Shown here: in pieces, positions 51,779 through 59,968 of the stretch
How the letters are laid out: every line of letters begins with the position of its first letter
Numbering within the stretch: the first letter of the stretch is position 1
Source: a virus
Strand: one strand, 5' to 3'
Length of the DNA: 64,000 bases
Virus record (IMG/VR): IMGVR_UViG_3300023174_006137
Location: 64,001-128,000 of that record
Notes under the pieces: model-generated
Seen by the model: only the letters and a program-made list of their open reading frames with translations
Databases searched by the model: none
What the model was told of the DNA's origin: nothing
Position numbers and translations under genes: made by a program

Positions 51779-51852
51779 TAGTTCCAGCGGGATTCAAACC
51801 CAGCATGAAGGCTTTAGAAGAGCCTCGTCCTATTCAGTTAAACGATGGAACC
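51779..51852 (-). tRNA. tRNA-Arg(UCU)
   Basis: AGGCT CTTCTAA AGCCT. Confidence 0.85.
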
Positions 51853-51857
51853 ATTTG

Positions 51858-51930
51858 TCGGAGCGCCGGGAGTCGAACCCGATTTAAGTGTGTATAAGAC
51901 ACCTGTGCTATACCGTTCTACTACACTCCG
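51858..51930 (-). tRNA. tRNA-Ile(UAU)
   Basis: GGTGT CTTATAC ACACT. Confidence 0.75.
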
Positions 51931-51936
51931 TTATTG

Positions 51937-52023
51937 TGGCTCAGGTCGGGGTCGAACCGACACGGGCGTTGCGGCCCACGGGATTTTAAGTCCCGCATGT
52001 ATTACCAGTTTCATCACTGAGCC
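51937..52023 (-). tRNA. tRNA-Leu(UAA)
   Basis: CGGGA CTTAAAA TCCCG; long variable arm. Confidence 0.9.
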
Positions 52024-52036
52024 ATTTTATTTACTT

Positions 52037-52070
52037 AAAAAAAAAATCTCAAACTTTTGAGTTTGAGATT
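52037..52070 (-). terminator. Attenuator terminator of the 13-tRNA module
   Basis: AATCTCAAACT caaa AGTTTGAGATT followed by a long U tract. Confidence 0.9.
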
Positions 52071-52093
52071 AAATCCAAATATAAAATATTTTA

Positions 52094-52195
52094 TTACACC
52101 TGTCGATTTAATCCCATACCAACTCTAATCACACATAACGTATTGTTATTTATGATTAAATTATTATTAATGGTATTTCTACAAATGTTTTTCAT
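52094..52195 (-). promoter_or_regulatory. Leader peptide MKNICRNTINNNLIINNNTLCVIRVGMGLNRQV
   Basis: Codons 3-25 encode only N,I,C,R,T,L,V; TGGGATTAAATC pairs with GATTTAATCTCA overlapping the terminator. Confidence 0.85.
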
Positions 52196-52282
52196 ATAGC
52201 TTATATATTTAAATTTAATTTTGTTTTTTTGTCTTATGGACTTTTTATTGTTTTATTTGCTTGTTTGTTTTTAATTATAATG

Positions 52283-52313
52283 CAAAGATACGCAAAAGTT
52301 TTAAAATAGCAAA
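52283..52313 (-). promoter_or_regulatory. Bacteroidota-type promoter of the 13-tRNA operon
   Basis: TTTG-N19-TATCTTTG. Confidence 0.8.
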
Positions 52314-52351
52314 TTTTTTTTCAATTTTTTTATATTTTTCTTTTAATAATA

Positions 52352-52684
52352 TCAATCATTTATTATATCATTTATTTTTTGCTCACGATGTATAGCTAAT
52401 GGTATAAAATTATCAGAAATAATACCACCAAACCAACATTCTGGCATATCAATTATATCTCCAATTTTATATTCTCGTATCTCTTTTATACATATAAAAG
52501 GTATAATTGAATATAATGATGATATTGGAACATTAAATTTAGTTTGCGTATTTAATTTAAATACCAAAGCTCGTTTTTTTCCATCAAAAGAAATTAAGGA
52601 ACACTCACCATTATTCCATGACTGCGATGCAGAATCACTATACAAATAGTAAGTGTTTCCTATAATTAATTTTTTTGCTTCCAT
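52352..52684 (-). CDS. Hypothetical protein (C-terminal REQKINDII)
   Basis: ORF track. Confidence 0.55.
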   Translation of the reverse strand: MEAKKLIIGNTYYLYSDSASQSWNNGECSLISFDGKKRALVFKLNTQTKFNVPISSLYSIIPFICIKEIREYKIGDIIDMPECWFGGIISDNFIPLAIHREQKINDIIND

Positions 52685-52956
52685 GAAGATTTTTTAGTTA
52701 TATGATTAGCAACTTCTTCAGGTGTGTTAAACATATTATCCTCATTTCTAATAACACTATAAAATTGAGGCATACCACCAACTTCTGTTTCAGTTGCTTT
52801 CCTATCAACTAAACAATTATAAGTTGTTATAACACCAGTTGCTATAACTTTAATATCAATAGAAGAAATAATTGCTTCAACTATTTTTGCTTTTTCGTCC
52901 GAACCAACAACTATAAAAATAGATTGTCCATGTTCATATGTAGTTTTAATTGTCAT
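52666..52956 (-). CDS. Hypothetical protein
   Basis: ORF track. Confidence 0.6.
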   Translation of the reverse strand: MTIKTTYEHGQSIFIVVGSDEKAKIVEAIISSIDIKVIATGVITTYNCLVDRKATETEVGGMPQFYSVIRNEDNMFNTPEEVANHITKKSSWKQKN

Positions 52957-52960
52957 ATTA

Positions 52961-53701
52961 TTAATTTAATTCTCTAAATTCATTTATATTTAATAAATAA
53001 TGATTACAATAACCATTCATAGTTATTTCCGATGCATGGTAATGTCCATAAACATGATATTTAATCCAATTTCCATTTGATTGTAAAATGTTAAACATTT
53101 CAGTCATATCATCTCTTTCTTTTTTTAAATCAGCATACAATTCTTTATCGGAATAGGCAAAATCATCAACAAATTCACCAAATCCTTTCCGATTATCTGG
53201 ATAACACCATTCAGGTGCGGTATGTGATACAACTACATCAACACCAGTTATATCTTTTAACTTTTCTCTATCTAAAACAAATACTTCATTTTCCCACCAT
53301 GATTTTTGACTTGAACCATTATGTGAATTTAATATATCTCTATTAATCCTATATCGTCTATCAATAGATACGGCACCACCAACAAATAAATGCTTTTTAC
53401 CATCTATTTCCATAGTAGTATAATCAGGAACTAATTTTAGATTAGAATAAATATGATTTCCTAAAAAATAATATGGCGAATCATGGTTCCCTCTGCAAGC
53501 TATTAGAATCAAGTTTTTTGTGGCACAAAATTTATTTAAATCTTCTAAAGTTTGTAAATCATATTTATTATTAAATCCAATTCCAAAATCTCCAACTTGG
53601 ATAATATAAGTAACTTCTTCGTTGTCACCTAATTTATATCTATCAATCAGAGATTTAATTGTTTTCCATGCGCCGTGTATGTCTCCTAAGTAAATAGTCA
53701 T
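52961..53701 (-). CDS. Calcineurin-like metallophosphoesterase
   Basis: GDIHG, VGDFG, RGNHD, SHTAP, GHYH; promoter at 53716-53746 supports this start. Confidence 0.9.
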   Translation of the reverse strand: MTIYLGDIHGAWKTIKSLIDRYKLGDNEEVTYIIQVGDFGIGFNNKYDLQTLEDLNKFCATKNLILIACRGNHDSPYYFLGNHIYSNLKLVPDYTTMEIDGKKHLFVGGAVSIDRRYRINRDILNSHNGSSQKSWWENEVFVLDREKLKDITGVDVVVSHTAPEWCYPDNRKGFGEFVDDFAYSDKELYADLKKERDDMTEMFNILQSNGNWIKYHVYGHYHASEITMNGYCNHYLLNINEFRELN

Positions 53702-53775
53702 TATAATTATTTTTACAAAAATACGAAAAATAATTGAAGGGACAAAACTATTTTTTATATATATTAGAGTAATAT

Positions 53776-54579
53776 ATGACAAACATAGATATAATAGATA
53801 AAATAAAAAAGGAATACCCAAAAAATGGACTACAAAAAACTGCCAATATAATTGGTATTAGTTTATATACTTTAAAGAAAATAATTAAAAAAAATAATAT
53901 TATTTTAGGAGAGAAGGAAAGAAGAGTGGAATTTTCCAATTTTGAAAAAATAAATAAAAAAGAAGTTGCTTATTTTTTAGGTTTCTTTTGGTCTGATGGC
54001 GCAATAAGCAGAGATGAAATTTGTATAGAGATAAAATATGATGATAGTAATTCTATTTTAGATATATTAAATAAATTCGGTAATTGGAGAGTTAACAATA
54101 GAGTTAGAAAACTCAAAGGCAAAGAATATAAACAATCTTGCATAAGAATTAATGATAAGAAAATTAAAAATTTTCTATTAGAAAATGATTATGGCAATAA
54201 ATCAACAACAACTCCAACAAAAATATTATCTCTTATGCCAAATGATTTACAGCCTTATTTTTTCAGGGGGCTTATAGATGGAGATGGTTGTTTTTGTTCT
54301 AAAAACAGAAGTTATTTTTCTATTACAGGAACAATTAATCAAGATTGGCATGAAATAGAAAATTTATTTAATTATTTAAATATTAATTATAAATTAACAT
54401 TAAAAGAACGGAAAACAGGTAATTCAAGTTATGTAGTTATATCTAATAAAAAAGATATAACTACATTGGGAAATTATATTTATGGAGAAAATTATGACAA
54501 TATTGGACTTTATAGAAAATATAAAATATATATGGAGATAAAAAACAAACCAATATCAAAATATTCAAAATATAAATGA
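53776..54579 (+). CDS. LAGLIDADG homing endonuclease
   Basis: YFLGFFWSDG and FFRGLIDGDG. Confidence 0.85.
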   Translation: MTNIDIIDKIKKEYPKNGLQKTANIIGISLYTLKKIIKKNNIILGEKERRVEFSNFEKINKKEVAYFLGFFWSDGAISRDEICIEIKYDDSNSILDILNKFGNWRVNNRVRKLKGKEYKQSCIRINDKKIKNFLLENDYGNKSTTTPTKILSLMPNDLQPYFFRGLIDGDGCFCSKNRSYFSITGTINQDWHEIENLFNYLNINYKLTLKERKTGNSSYVVISNKKDITTLGNYIYGENYDNIGLYRKYKIYMEIKNKPISKYSKYK

Positions 54580-55514
54580 TTTTAGAAAAAAGAAGCATTC
54601 CTAATATAGTAAAGGAAATAATAGATGAAAATCTAATAGAAATTGAAAATATTATTAAAAAAAATATAAATAAAAGTTTAATATTAAATATCGACAAAAA
54701 CACAATTGTGAACAATAAAAATGTTTATTTGAAATGTAATTTAACTATTAATTTTGAATTTAATGATATTAATAAATATACTGGAGATATAAATTATCAA
54801 TCAATAATAGATAATGATTTTAAAAATTGCATAATAAATATATTTTTACCATTAGACTCTAAAATAAACTTATCTATATCGGCATTATCACATGAGTTAT
54901 TTCATCTTTATGAATTGTTTCAAATTAAAAAAATATTTAAAAAAACAAAATGGCAACACACTACTGACCTAATTGATTTAGAAAAAATGGATTTATATAA
55001 ATACAATTCAATAAAATATTTTAAAAATTTAATATATTTGTCTTTGCCACATGAAATTAACGCAAGAATAGCATCTATGCATTTTTATCTTTTAGGATTT
55101 AAATCCAATGATAAAGAATTTTTGCTCAATAAATTAAAAACTACTAAGGAATATAATTATTTTAATATGCTAAATAATTTTGATGATAATTATTATTTAG
55201 ACTTTTTAATAAAAGAAATAGGATTAGACAGCGCAATAAATATATTTAATTTTTTAAATATAATATTAAAAATTAAATATACGATATCAAATATAAATGA
55301 TTTGAAAAAATATTTTGAAAAAATCAAAAAATATTTTATGGATTTGATGAAATATTATAATAAAAAAATAACAAGAATACTATATGATATATCCAATGAT
55401 GCCTTTGAATACATACATCAGGATAGATATATTTTATCATTTGAAGAAATGATAAAGGAACAAAAAAACACTAAAAAAGATAAAGATATAGATTATAAAT
55501 TATATTTTAATTGA
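54576..55514 (+). CDS. Zincin-like HExxH protein
   Basis: LSHELFHLY...HEINAR. Confidence 0.6.
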   Translation: MILEKRSIPNIVKEIIDENLIEIENIIKKNINKSLILNIDKNTIVNNKNVYLKCNLTINFEFNDINKYTGDINYQSIIDNDFKNCIINIFLPLDSKINLSISALSHELFHLYELFQIKKIFKKTKWQHTTDLIDLEKMDLYKYNSIKYFKNLIYLSLPHEINARIASMHFYLLGFKSNDKEFLLNKLKTTKEYNYFNMLNNFDDNYYLDFLIKEIGLDSAINIFNFLNIILKIKYTISNINDLKKYFEKIKKYFMDLMKYYNKKITRILYDISNDAFEYIHQDRYILSFEEMIKEQKNTKKDKDIDYKLYFN

Positions 55515-55523
55515 AAAGTCCAA

Positions 55524-56444
55524 CTAATTAGTTGGACTTTCTAATAATGGTAAAATGGTTTCACACCATTTTTTAAATTCATCAAAATCATTCTTTTTAT
55601 ATAAATCTATCATTCCTAATAGAGGATTACCATAGTGAGATATAGTATTTGGTTCTGCACCAAAAAGTATTACATCTTCTCTATTTTTTATAGTCATTAA
55701 TGGTGGTAAATCAAGCCTATCAAGTGTCCATCTTTCAATAACCAAATTAGGATTTTGTCTAGCTTGATGTTTTGCTGGAAGTTTTGCCAATTCTTCAGTA
55801 GTAAATGGTTTTAAAACTCTTTTTCTCTGAATATATGTGCCTCTTTTGAAGAAAGCAGGATAATCATTCCAATTTACACCTTTTTGAAAAAGCATTTCTT
55901 GTTTATCTGAACCCGATTTTCCGTGTAATTCGTTATGAGAATAATAATGTTGTGCTGCCATGCTAATAGAATTTTTAGTAGCATCTATTTCACGCCACAA
56001 AAAGGTATTAGCAGCTTCTTGAATTGTTGGAACATTAAATACTCTACAATCTAATCTTGGCATCAAATGTGTTTTTTCAGGTAGATATTTAGGCAATTCT
56101 CTATTAAAAAATACTGAAGCCATACCAGCTAAATCAGATATCATTTTAAATAATCTACCATCAAAATATATTTTTGATTCATATGAATCTGAATACCAAA
56201 CTAAAGTTATTTCATCACTTTGAGTATAACCACAATTTGCATTAGTTTCTTTAACTAAATACTTAGTTGTTTCAACCATTAAATTTGATAACCTCTCATC
56301 ATAGGGCCTTTTTAGTCCTTTTGTAAATTTAGAAAATCCTTTACCATCTAATCTGGCTATTACAGGAATTCTTGGAAGCATACGAATGCCACAAGTAGCA
56401 TCTTCATACATTTTTATTCTATCCCCTAAAGTATCTTTTATCAT
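55524..56444 (-). CDS. tRNA(His) guanylyltransferase Thg1-like protein
   Basis: RLDGKGFSKFT, YTQSDEITL, DCRVF, WRE.DA.KNSI, VNWND..A.FKRG; promoter at 56459-56490. Confidence 0.9.
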   Translation of the reverse strand: MIKDTLGDRIKMYEDATCGIRMLPRIPVIARLDGKGFSKFTKGLKRPYDERLSNLMVETTKYLVKETNANCGYTQSDEITLVWYSDSYESKIYFDGRLFKMISDLAGMASVFFNRELPKYLPEKTHLMPRLDCRVFNVPTIQEAANTFLWREIDATKNSISMAAQHYYSHNELHGKSGSDKQEMLFQKGVNWNDYPAFFKRGTYIQRKRVLKPFTTEELAKLPAKHQARQNPNLVIERWTLDRLDLPPLMTIKNREDVILFGAEPNTISHYGNPLLGMIDLYKKNDFDEFKKWCETILPLLESPTN

Positions 56445-56560
56445 GTTATGAATTTTTACAAAAATACGAAAAAAGAATTGAAAAAGCAAAAATTTTTCTG
56501 ACTTTTTCCAATATAGGTATTGGTAAAATTAATATATATTTTATTAAAAACAATACAAAT

Positions 56561-57271
56561 ATGGGTAAAAAATGGACTAATCAAACAAAAATATTACACG
56601 GAAAGAAAAAAGAATTAGGTATAAAAAAATTAACTATTGCAAATTGCAAAAAATATCCAAATAATCCTTACCAACTTATTTTTGATGGCGTACATGTTGC
56701 TTTTTTTCCTGATTGGAACAAAGCTTTTTCAGCGATAGACGAAGTTGTAAAAAATGGTATTGATTTTGTGCGTGAGATAAATAAAAGGGTAATTAAAAAT
56801 CTTGAAATAAATGATGGTCAAATGAGGTGTTATAGATGTAATATGTTTAAACACATAGATTCATTTAAATATGGTCATAAATATTGTTATGATTGTGTTT
56901 TGCAAGAAAAAAAAGAATATTATTATTTGAATAAATATAAAATCTCAAAAAATAGGTATTCTAGTTTTGAAAGCTATTTAAACAGCTTAATAGGTAAACG
57001 AGATAGAAAAGAATTTTTCTCACTCGAAGATTTGATGGATATTCTTAAAAGACAAGACTATAAATGTGCTATAACTAGACAAGAATTTGAGTTGAAAAAA
57101 AATAGTCCAAAATTACCTTCGATTGATAGAATCAATCCTAAATCGAATGGCGGTGACTATAGTTTAGATAATATTCAACTCGTTTGGCATGGTGTTAATT
57201 CATTTAAAAGTAATTGGTCAATGGACTTTCTGATTGAATGCTCTAAACATATAGTTAATAATAATGTTTAA
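56561..57271 (+). CDS. HNH-like endonuclease
   Basis: QDYKCAIT, SIDRINP...Y..DNIQLV...N..K. Confidence 0.7.
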   Translation: MGKKWTNQTKILHGKKKELGIKKLTIANCKKYPNNPYQLIFDGVHVAFFPDWNKAFSAIDEVVKNGIDFVREINKRVIKNLEINDGQMRCYRCNMFKHIDSFKYGHKYCYDCVLQEKKEYYYLNKYKISKNRYSSFESYLNSLIGKRDRKEFFSLEDLMDILKRQDYKCAITRQEFELKKNSPKLPSIDRINPKSNGGDYSLDNIQLVWHGVNSFKSNWSMDFLIECSKHIVNNNV

Positions 57272-57453
57272 GACTCATATTTACCACCTTTTCTTTTTCT
57301 TTTACAAAACTGACGCTGACTAAATCCGGATGGATTAGAACAATTAATAGATTTTTTATATTTAACACTCCAACGAGATTTCATACCATTTCTTGGTTTA
57401 TTATAAGATTCTGATATAAATTCTTCAAAAGTAAAAATTGTTTCCATAAACAT
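57268..57453 (-). CDS. Small basic phage protein (WSxKYKKSIxCxNPxGFSQ motif)
   Basis: Motif plus FEEFISES N-terminus. Confidence 0.6.
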   Translation of the reverse strand: MFMETIFTFEEFISESYNKPRNGMKSRWSVKYKKSINCSNPSGFSQRQFCKRKRKGGKYES

Positions 57454-57484
57454 ATATATTTTTTATAAAAAATATATATGTTAT

Positions 57485-58306
57485 ATGAAAAAGTTATTTA
57501 CATTAATTTTTATTTTATTTTCCTTAACAGCAATAGCACAAACAGATTCTATATTATTATCTTTATCTGGTGGTGGCGAATTTAATTCTGGAAATGTTAA
57601 TTCTTCTAAATTAAATTTTATATTAGAGTTATCAGGTTATAAAAATAACCATACTTGGTCTATCACACCTTCCTACAAATATATAGAAAATCAAATATCA
57701 CCATCAAATAAATCTACATCAACACAAAACGAATTTTATTCAGTTCAAAATTATACATTCCAGAATCAAAAACCATTTAAATTAATGTTGTTTTCAGAAT
57801 TAGAACATTCCGAAGTAAAGAAAATTGATTTAAGAGCTAATATTGGTTTTGGTGTTGGACATAAATTATATAATAAAAATGGGGTTGATATATCAATTTC
57901 AGAAGTTATTTTACCTAACTATTATCAAAATATGGTATTCACAACACCAACTTCTAAAATTGGTATAAAAAATCGCAATAATACCAGCATATATGCTTCA
58001 ACAAGATTAAAATGTGTTTATAAAACAGGTATATTTACTTTTACCAGTATTAATATGATACAACCATCTTTATATACAAAGGATTATGACGGAACATTAA
58101 TTAAAACTAATGATAATATTAATTTTAGGAGCAATAATACATTAGATTTTTTAATCAAACATGGTTTTTCATTTGGCGTTGCATATAATTATGATTACCA
58201 ATCTTATTTAAATTATATAAATCGTATTAATAACCTATCTTTATCTAATTCAGATGCACAATTTATATTTTATCTTAAAAAAGGTTTTATAAAAAAGAAA
58301 AATTAA
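57485..58306 (+). CDS. Secreted outer-membrane beta-barrel-like protein (DUF481-like)
   Basis: Signal peptide MKKLF...AIA/Q; FNSGNVN; IDLRANIGFGVGH. Confidence 0.6.
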   Translation: MKKLFTLIFILFSLTAIAQTDSILLSLSGGGEFNSGNVNSSKLNFILELSGYKNNHTWSITPSYKYIENQISPSNKSTSTQNEFYSVQNYTFQNQKPFKLMLFSELEHSEVKKIDLRANIGFGVGHKLYNKNGVDISISEVILPNYYQNMVFTTPTSKIGIKNRNNTSIYASTRLKCVYKTGIFTFTSINMIQPSLYTKDYDGTLIKTNDNINFRSNNTLDFLIKHGFSFGVAYNYDYQSYLNYINRINNLSLSNSDAQFIFYLKKGFIKKKN

Positions 58307-58776
58307 TTAACACCATTATATACCCTTCTTAATAAAGCTAAAATATAAAAATTAGGTTTTATTATTGGATTTTCATTTAAAAAATCAAAATATTTTTCTT
58401 CTCCATAAACATCATTTATGAATGTTCCAACAGCGCCAGAACGGGACACACCGGCCAAACAATGCACATAAAACTCTTTTACATGACTATTTCTTTCAAC
58501 AAATTCAATAATAGTTTCCGCCTGTTCCCTCGTAAAAAGTTGCATTTCTTGTTGTCCTCGCTTTACTCTTCGTTCATTTTCTTCTTCAGTTGCGTCATCA
58601 AATACCAATCTAAGCACATTAGAATAATTTTGTGGAAAATACGAATGTGGTAAATCTGAATTCATAATGGAAATAAATGCTTTATCTGTATCCTCCTGAA
58701 TTGTTTTATCGGTAGGAATACGCATTCTTTGCATTTTATCATCAAATCTATCTTTAGATAATACTCGAACTATCAT
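58303..58776 (-). CDS. Protein tyrosine/dual-specificity phosphatase-like
   Basis: VHCLAGVSRSGA, FDD, PN. Confidence 0.85.
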   Translation of the reverse strand: MIVRVLSKDRFDDKMQRMRIPTDKTIQEDTDKAFISIMNSDLPHSYFPQNYSNVLRLVFDDATEEENERRVKRGQQEMQLFTREQAETIIEFVERNSHVKEFYVHCLAGVSRSGAVGTFINDVYGEEKYFDFLNENPIIKPNFYILALLRRVYNGVN

Positions 58777-59075
58777 TAGTTATATTTTTTAGCAATTTTT
58801 TCAATTATTTCTTCTTCTTCTTTTGTTATTCGTAAATAACTTTTCGCCAAATCAGATAAATTTTTATGAAAATCCATTTCAATCGAACTTTTCTTTTCTG
58901 TTACATAATCCAAAATAAAAGCTTTTTTATCAGGATGATTATTTTTTTTCAAAAGTTCTTTTATATCTTTTTCAGATAATTCATTTATTAATTCAAGAAA
59001 TAATTGTTCCTTTTCCCTTGAACTCATAGACCACATGATGTCATCAATATCGACATCGACGCTTATATAACCCAT
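58776..59075 (-). CDS. Hypothetical protein
   Basis: ORF track. Confidence 0.6.
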   Translation of the reverse strand: MGYISVDVDIDDIMWSMSSREKEQLFLELINELSEKDIKELLKKNNHPDKKAFILDYVTEKKSSIEMDFHKNLSDLAKSYLRITKEEEEIIEKIAKKYN

Positions 59076-59084
59076 ATTTTGTTT

Positions 59085-59201
59085 TTATTTTTTTCTTCTA
59101 CATCTCAAAGCTGCTGCCGCAACTGATTTAATTTTTTTAGAAGTTGATGTTTTTAATAATTTTGATGCTTTTGAAGCAATTTTTTTAGATGTTCTTGCCA
59201 T
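59085..59201 (-). CDS. Small basic protein MARTSKKIASKASKLLKTSTSKKIKSVAAAALRCRRKK
   Basis: Fills the gap between co-directional genes; not in the ORF track. Confidence 0.6.
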   Translation of the reverse strand: MARTSKKIASKASKLLKTSTSKKIKSVAAAALRCRRKK

Positions 59202-59203
59202 AA

Positions 59204-59968
59204 TTAATCAATCCAATTTTCAATTTTTTCTTCAATAATTTTAAATAATAACTTTTTTGCCTTTTTATGTTTCATATCAGAAATAGTATGAGCTAAATGA
59301 AATTTATCATTTGAACCAGTTTTTAACTTAGCTTTTTCATAAGAAAGTTTATTTTTAGAAAAATAATCATCAAAATTTTCAAAAATAGTTTTTGTTTTAA
59401 GATTATATGCTTTATCTGATTCTAAATCAAAAATATCTAATTCAATTCCCGATTCTAAATCAATTTCTTCATAATCAGTATCATTTAAAATAGATTCAAT
59501 TTTTTTATCACGATTTATTGCTTTAGCTAAATCTTTATATTTTTCCAAATCTTCAACACAAGGTTGCCAAACATATTCATTTTTATAATACAATGTCCAT
59601 TCTTCAGAATATACATCACCATTTATATCATTCGTCCAAATTTTATCTATTAAACGACAACATAAACGCATCCATTTTATTTGTTCCGGCAAATCAACAG
59701 GATAATATTTACCAACTTTGCATTTTCTTTCAAATTCATTAGCAGTTTTTTCTAATTTAAAACGCCAAATTTTTATTATATCATCATAACCAAAATCAGT
59801 ATCTTTCCAAACAATTTTGGCCCATTTAAATATATTTGAAATGCCTTTTTTAAAATTATAATAAGGAATTTCAAATCTATATGTTTTAGTATAAGACCAC
59901 CAACTCTCTAATCTTTCAATTAGAGTATCTTTTTGTCTTTTCTTTTTATAAATATCTGTTAAATTCAT
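59204..59968 (-). CDS. Hypothetical protein
   Basis: ORF, ATGA-coupled to tyrS. Confidence 0.65.
   Translation of the reverse strand: MNLTDIYKKKRQKDTLIERLESWWSYTKTYRFEIPYYNFKKGISNIFKWAKIVWKDTDFGYDDIIKIWRFKLEKTANEFERKCKVGKYYPVDLPEQIKWMRLCCRLIDKIWTNDINGDVYSEEWTLYYKNEYVWQPCVEDLEKYKDLAKAINRDKKIESILNDTDYEEIDLESGIELDIFDLESDKAYNLKTKTIFENFDDYFSKNKLSYEKAKLKTGSNDKFHLAHTISDMKHKKAKKLLFKIIEEKIENWID

Noticed and set aside
43025-52060. Short ORFs at 43025, 43092, 44139, 50123, 51285 and 51845
   Set aside because: They are readings through or antisense to tRNA genes
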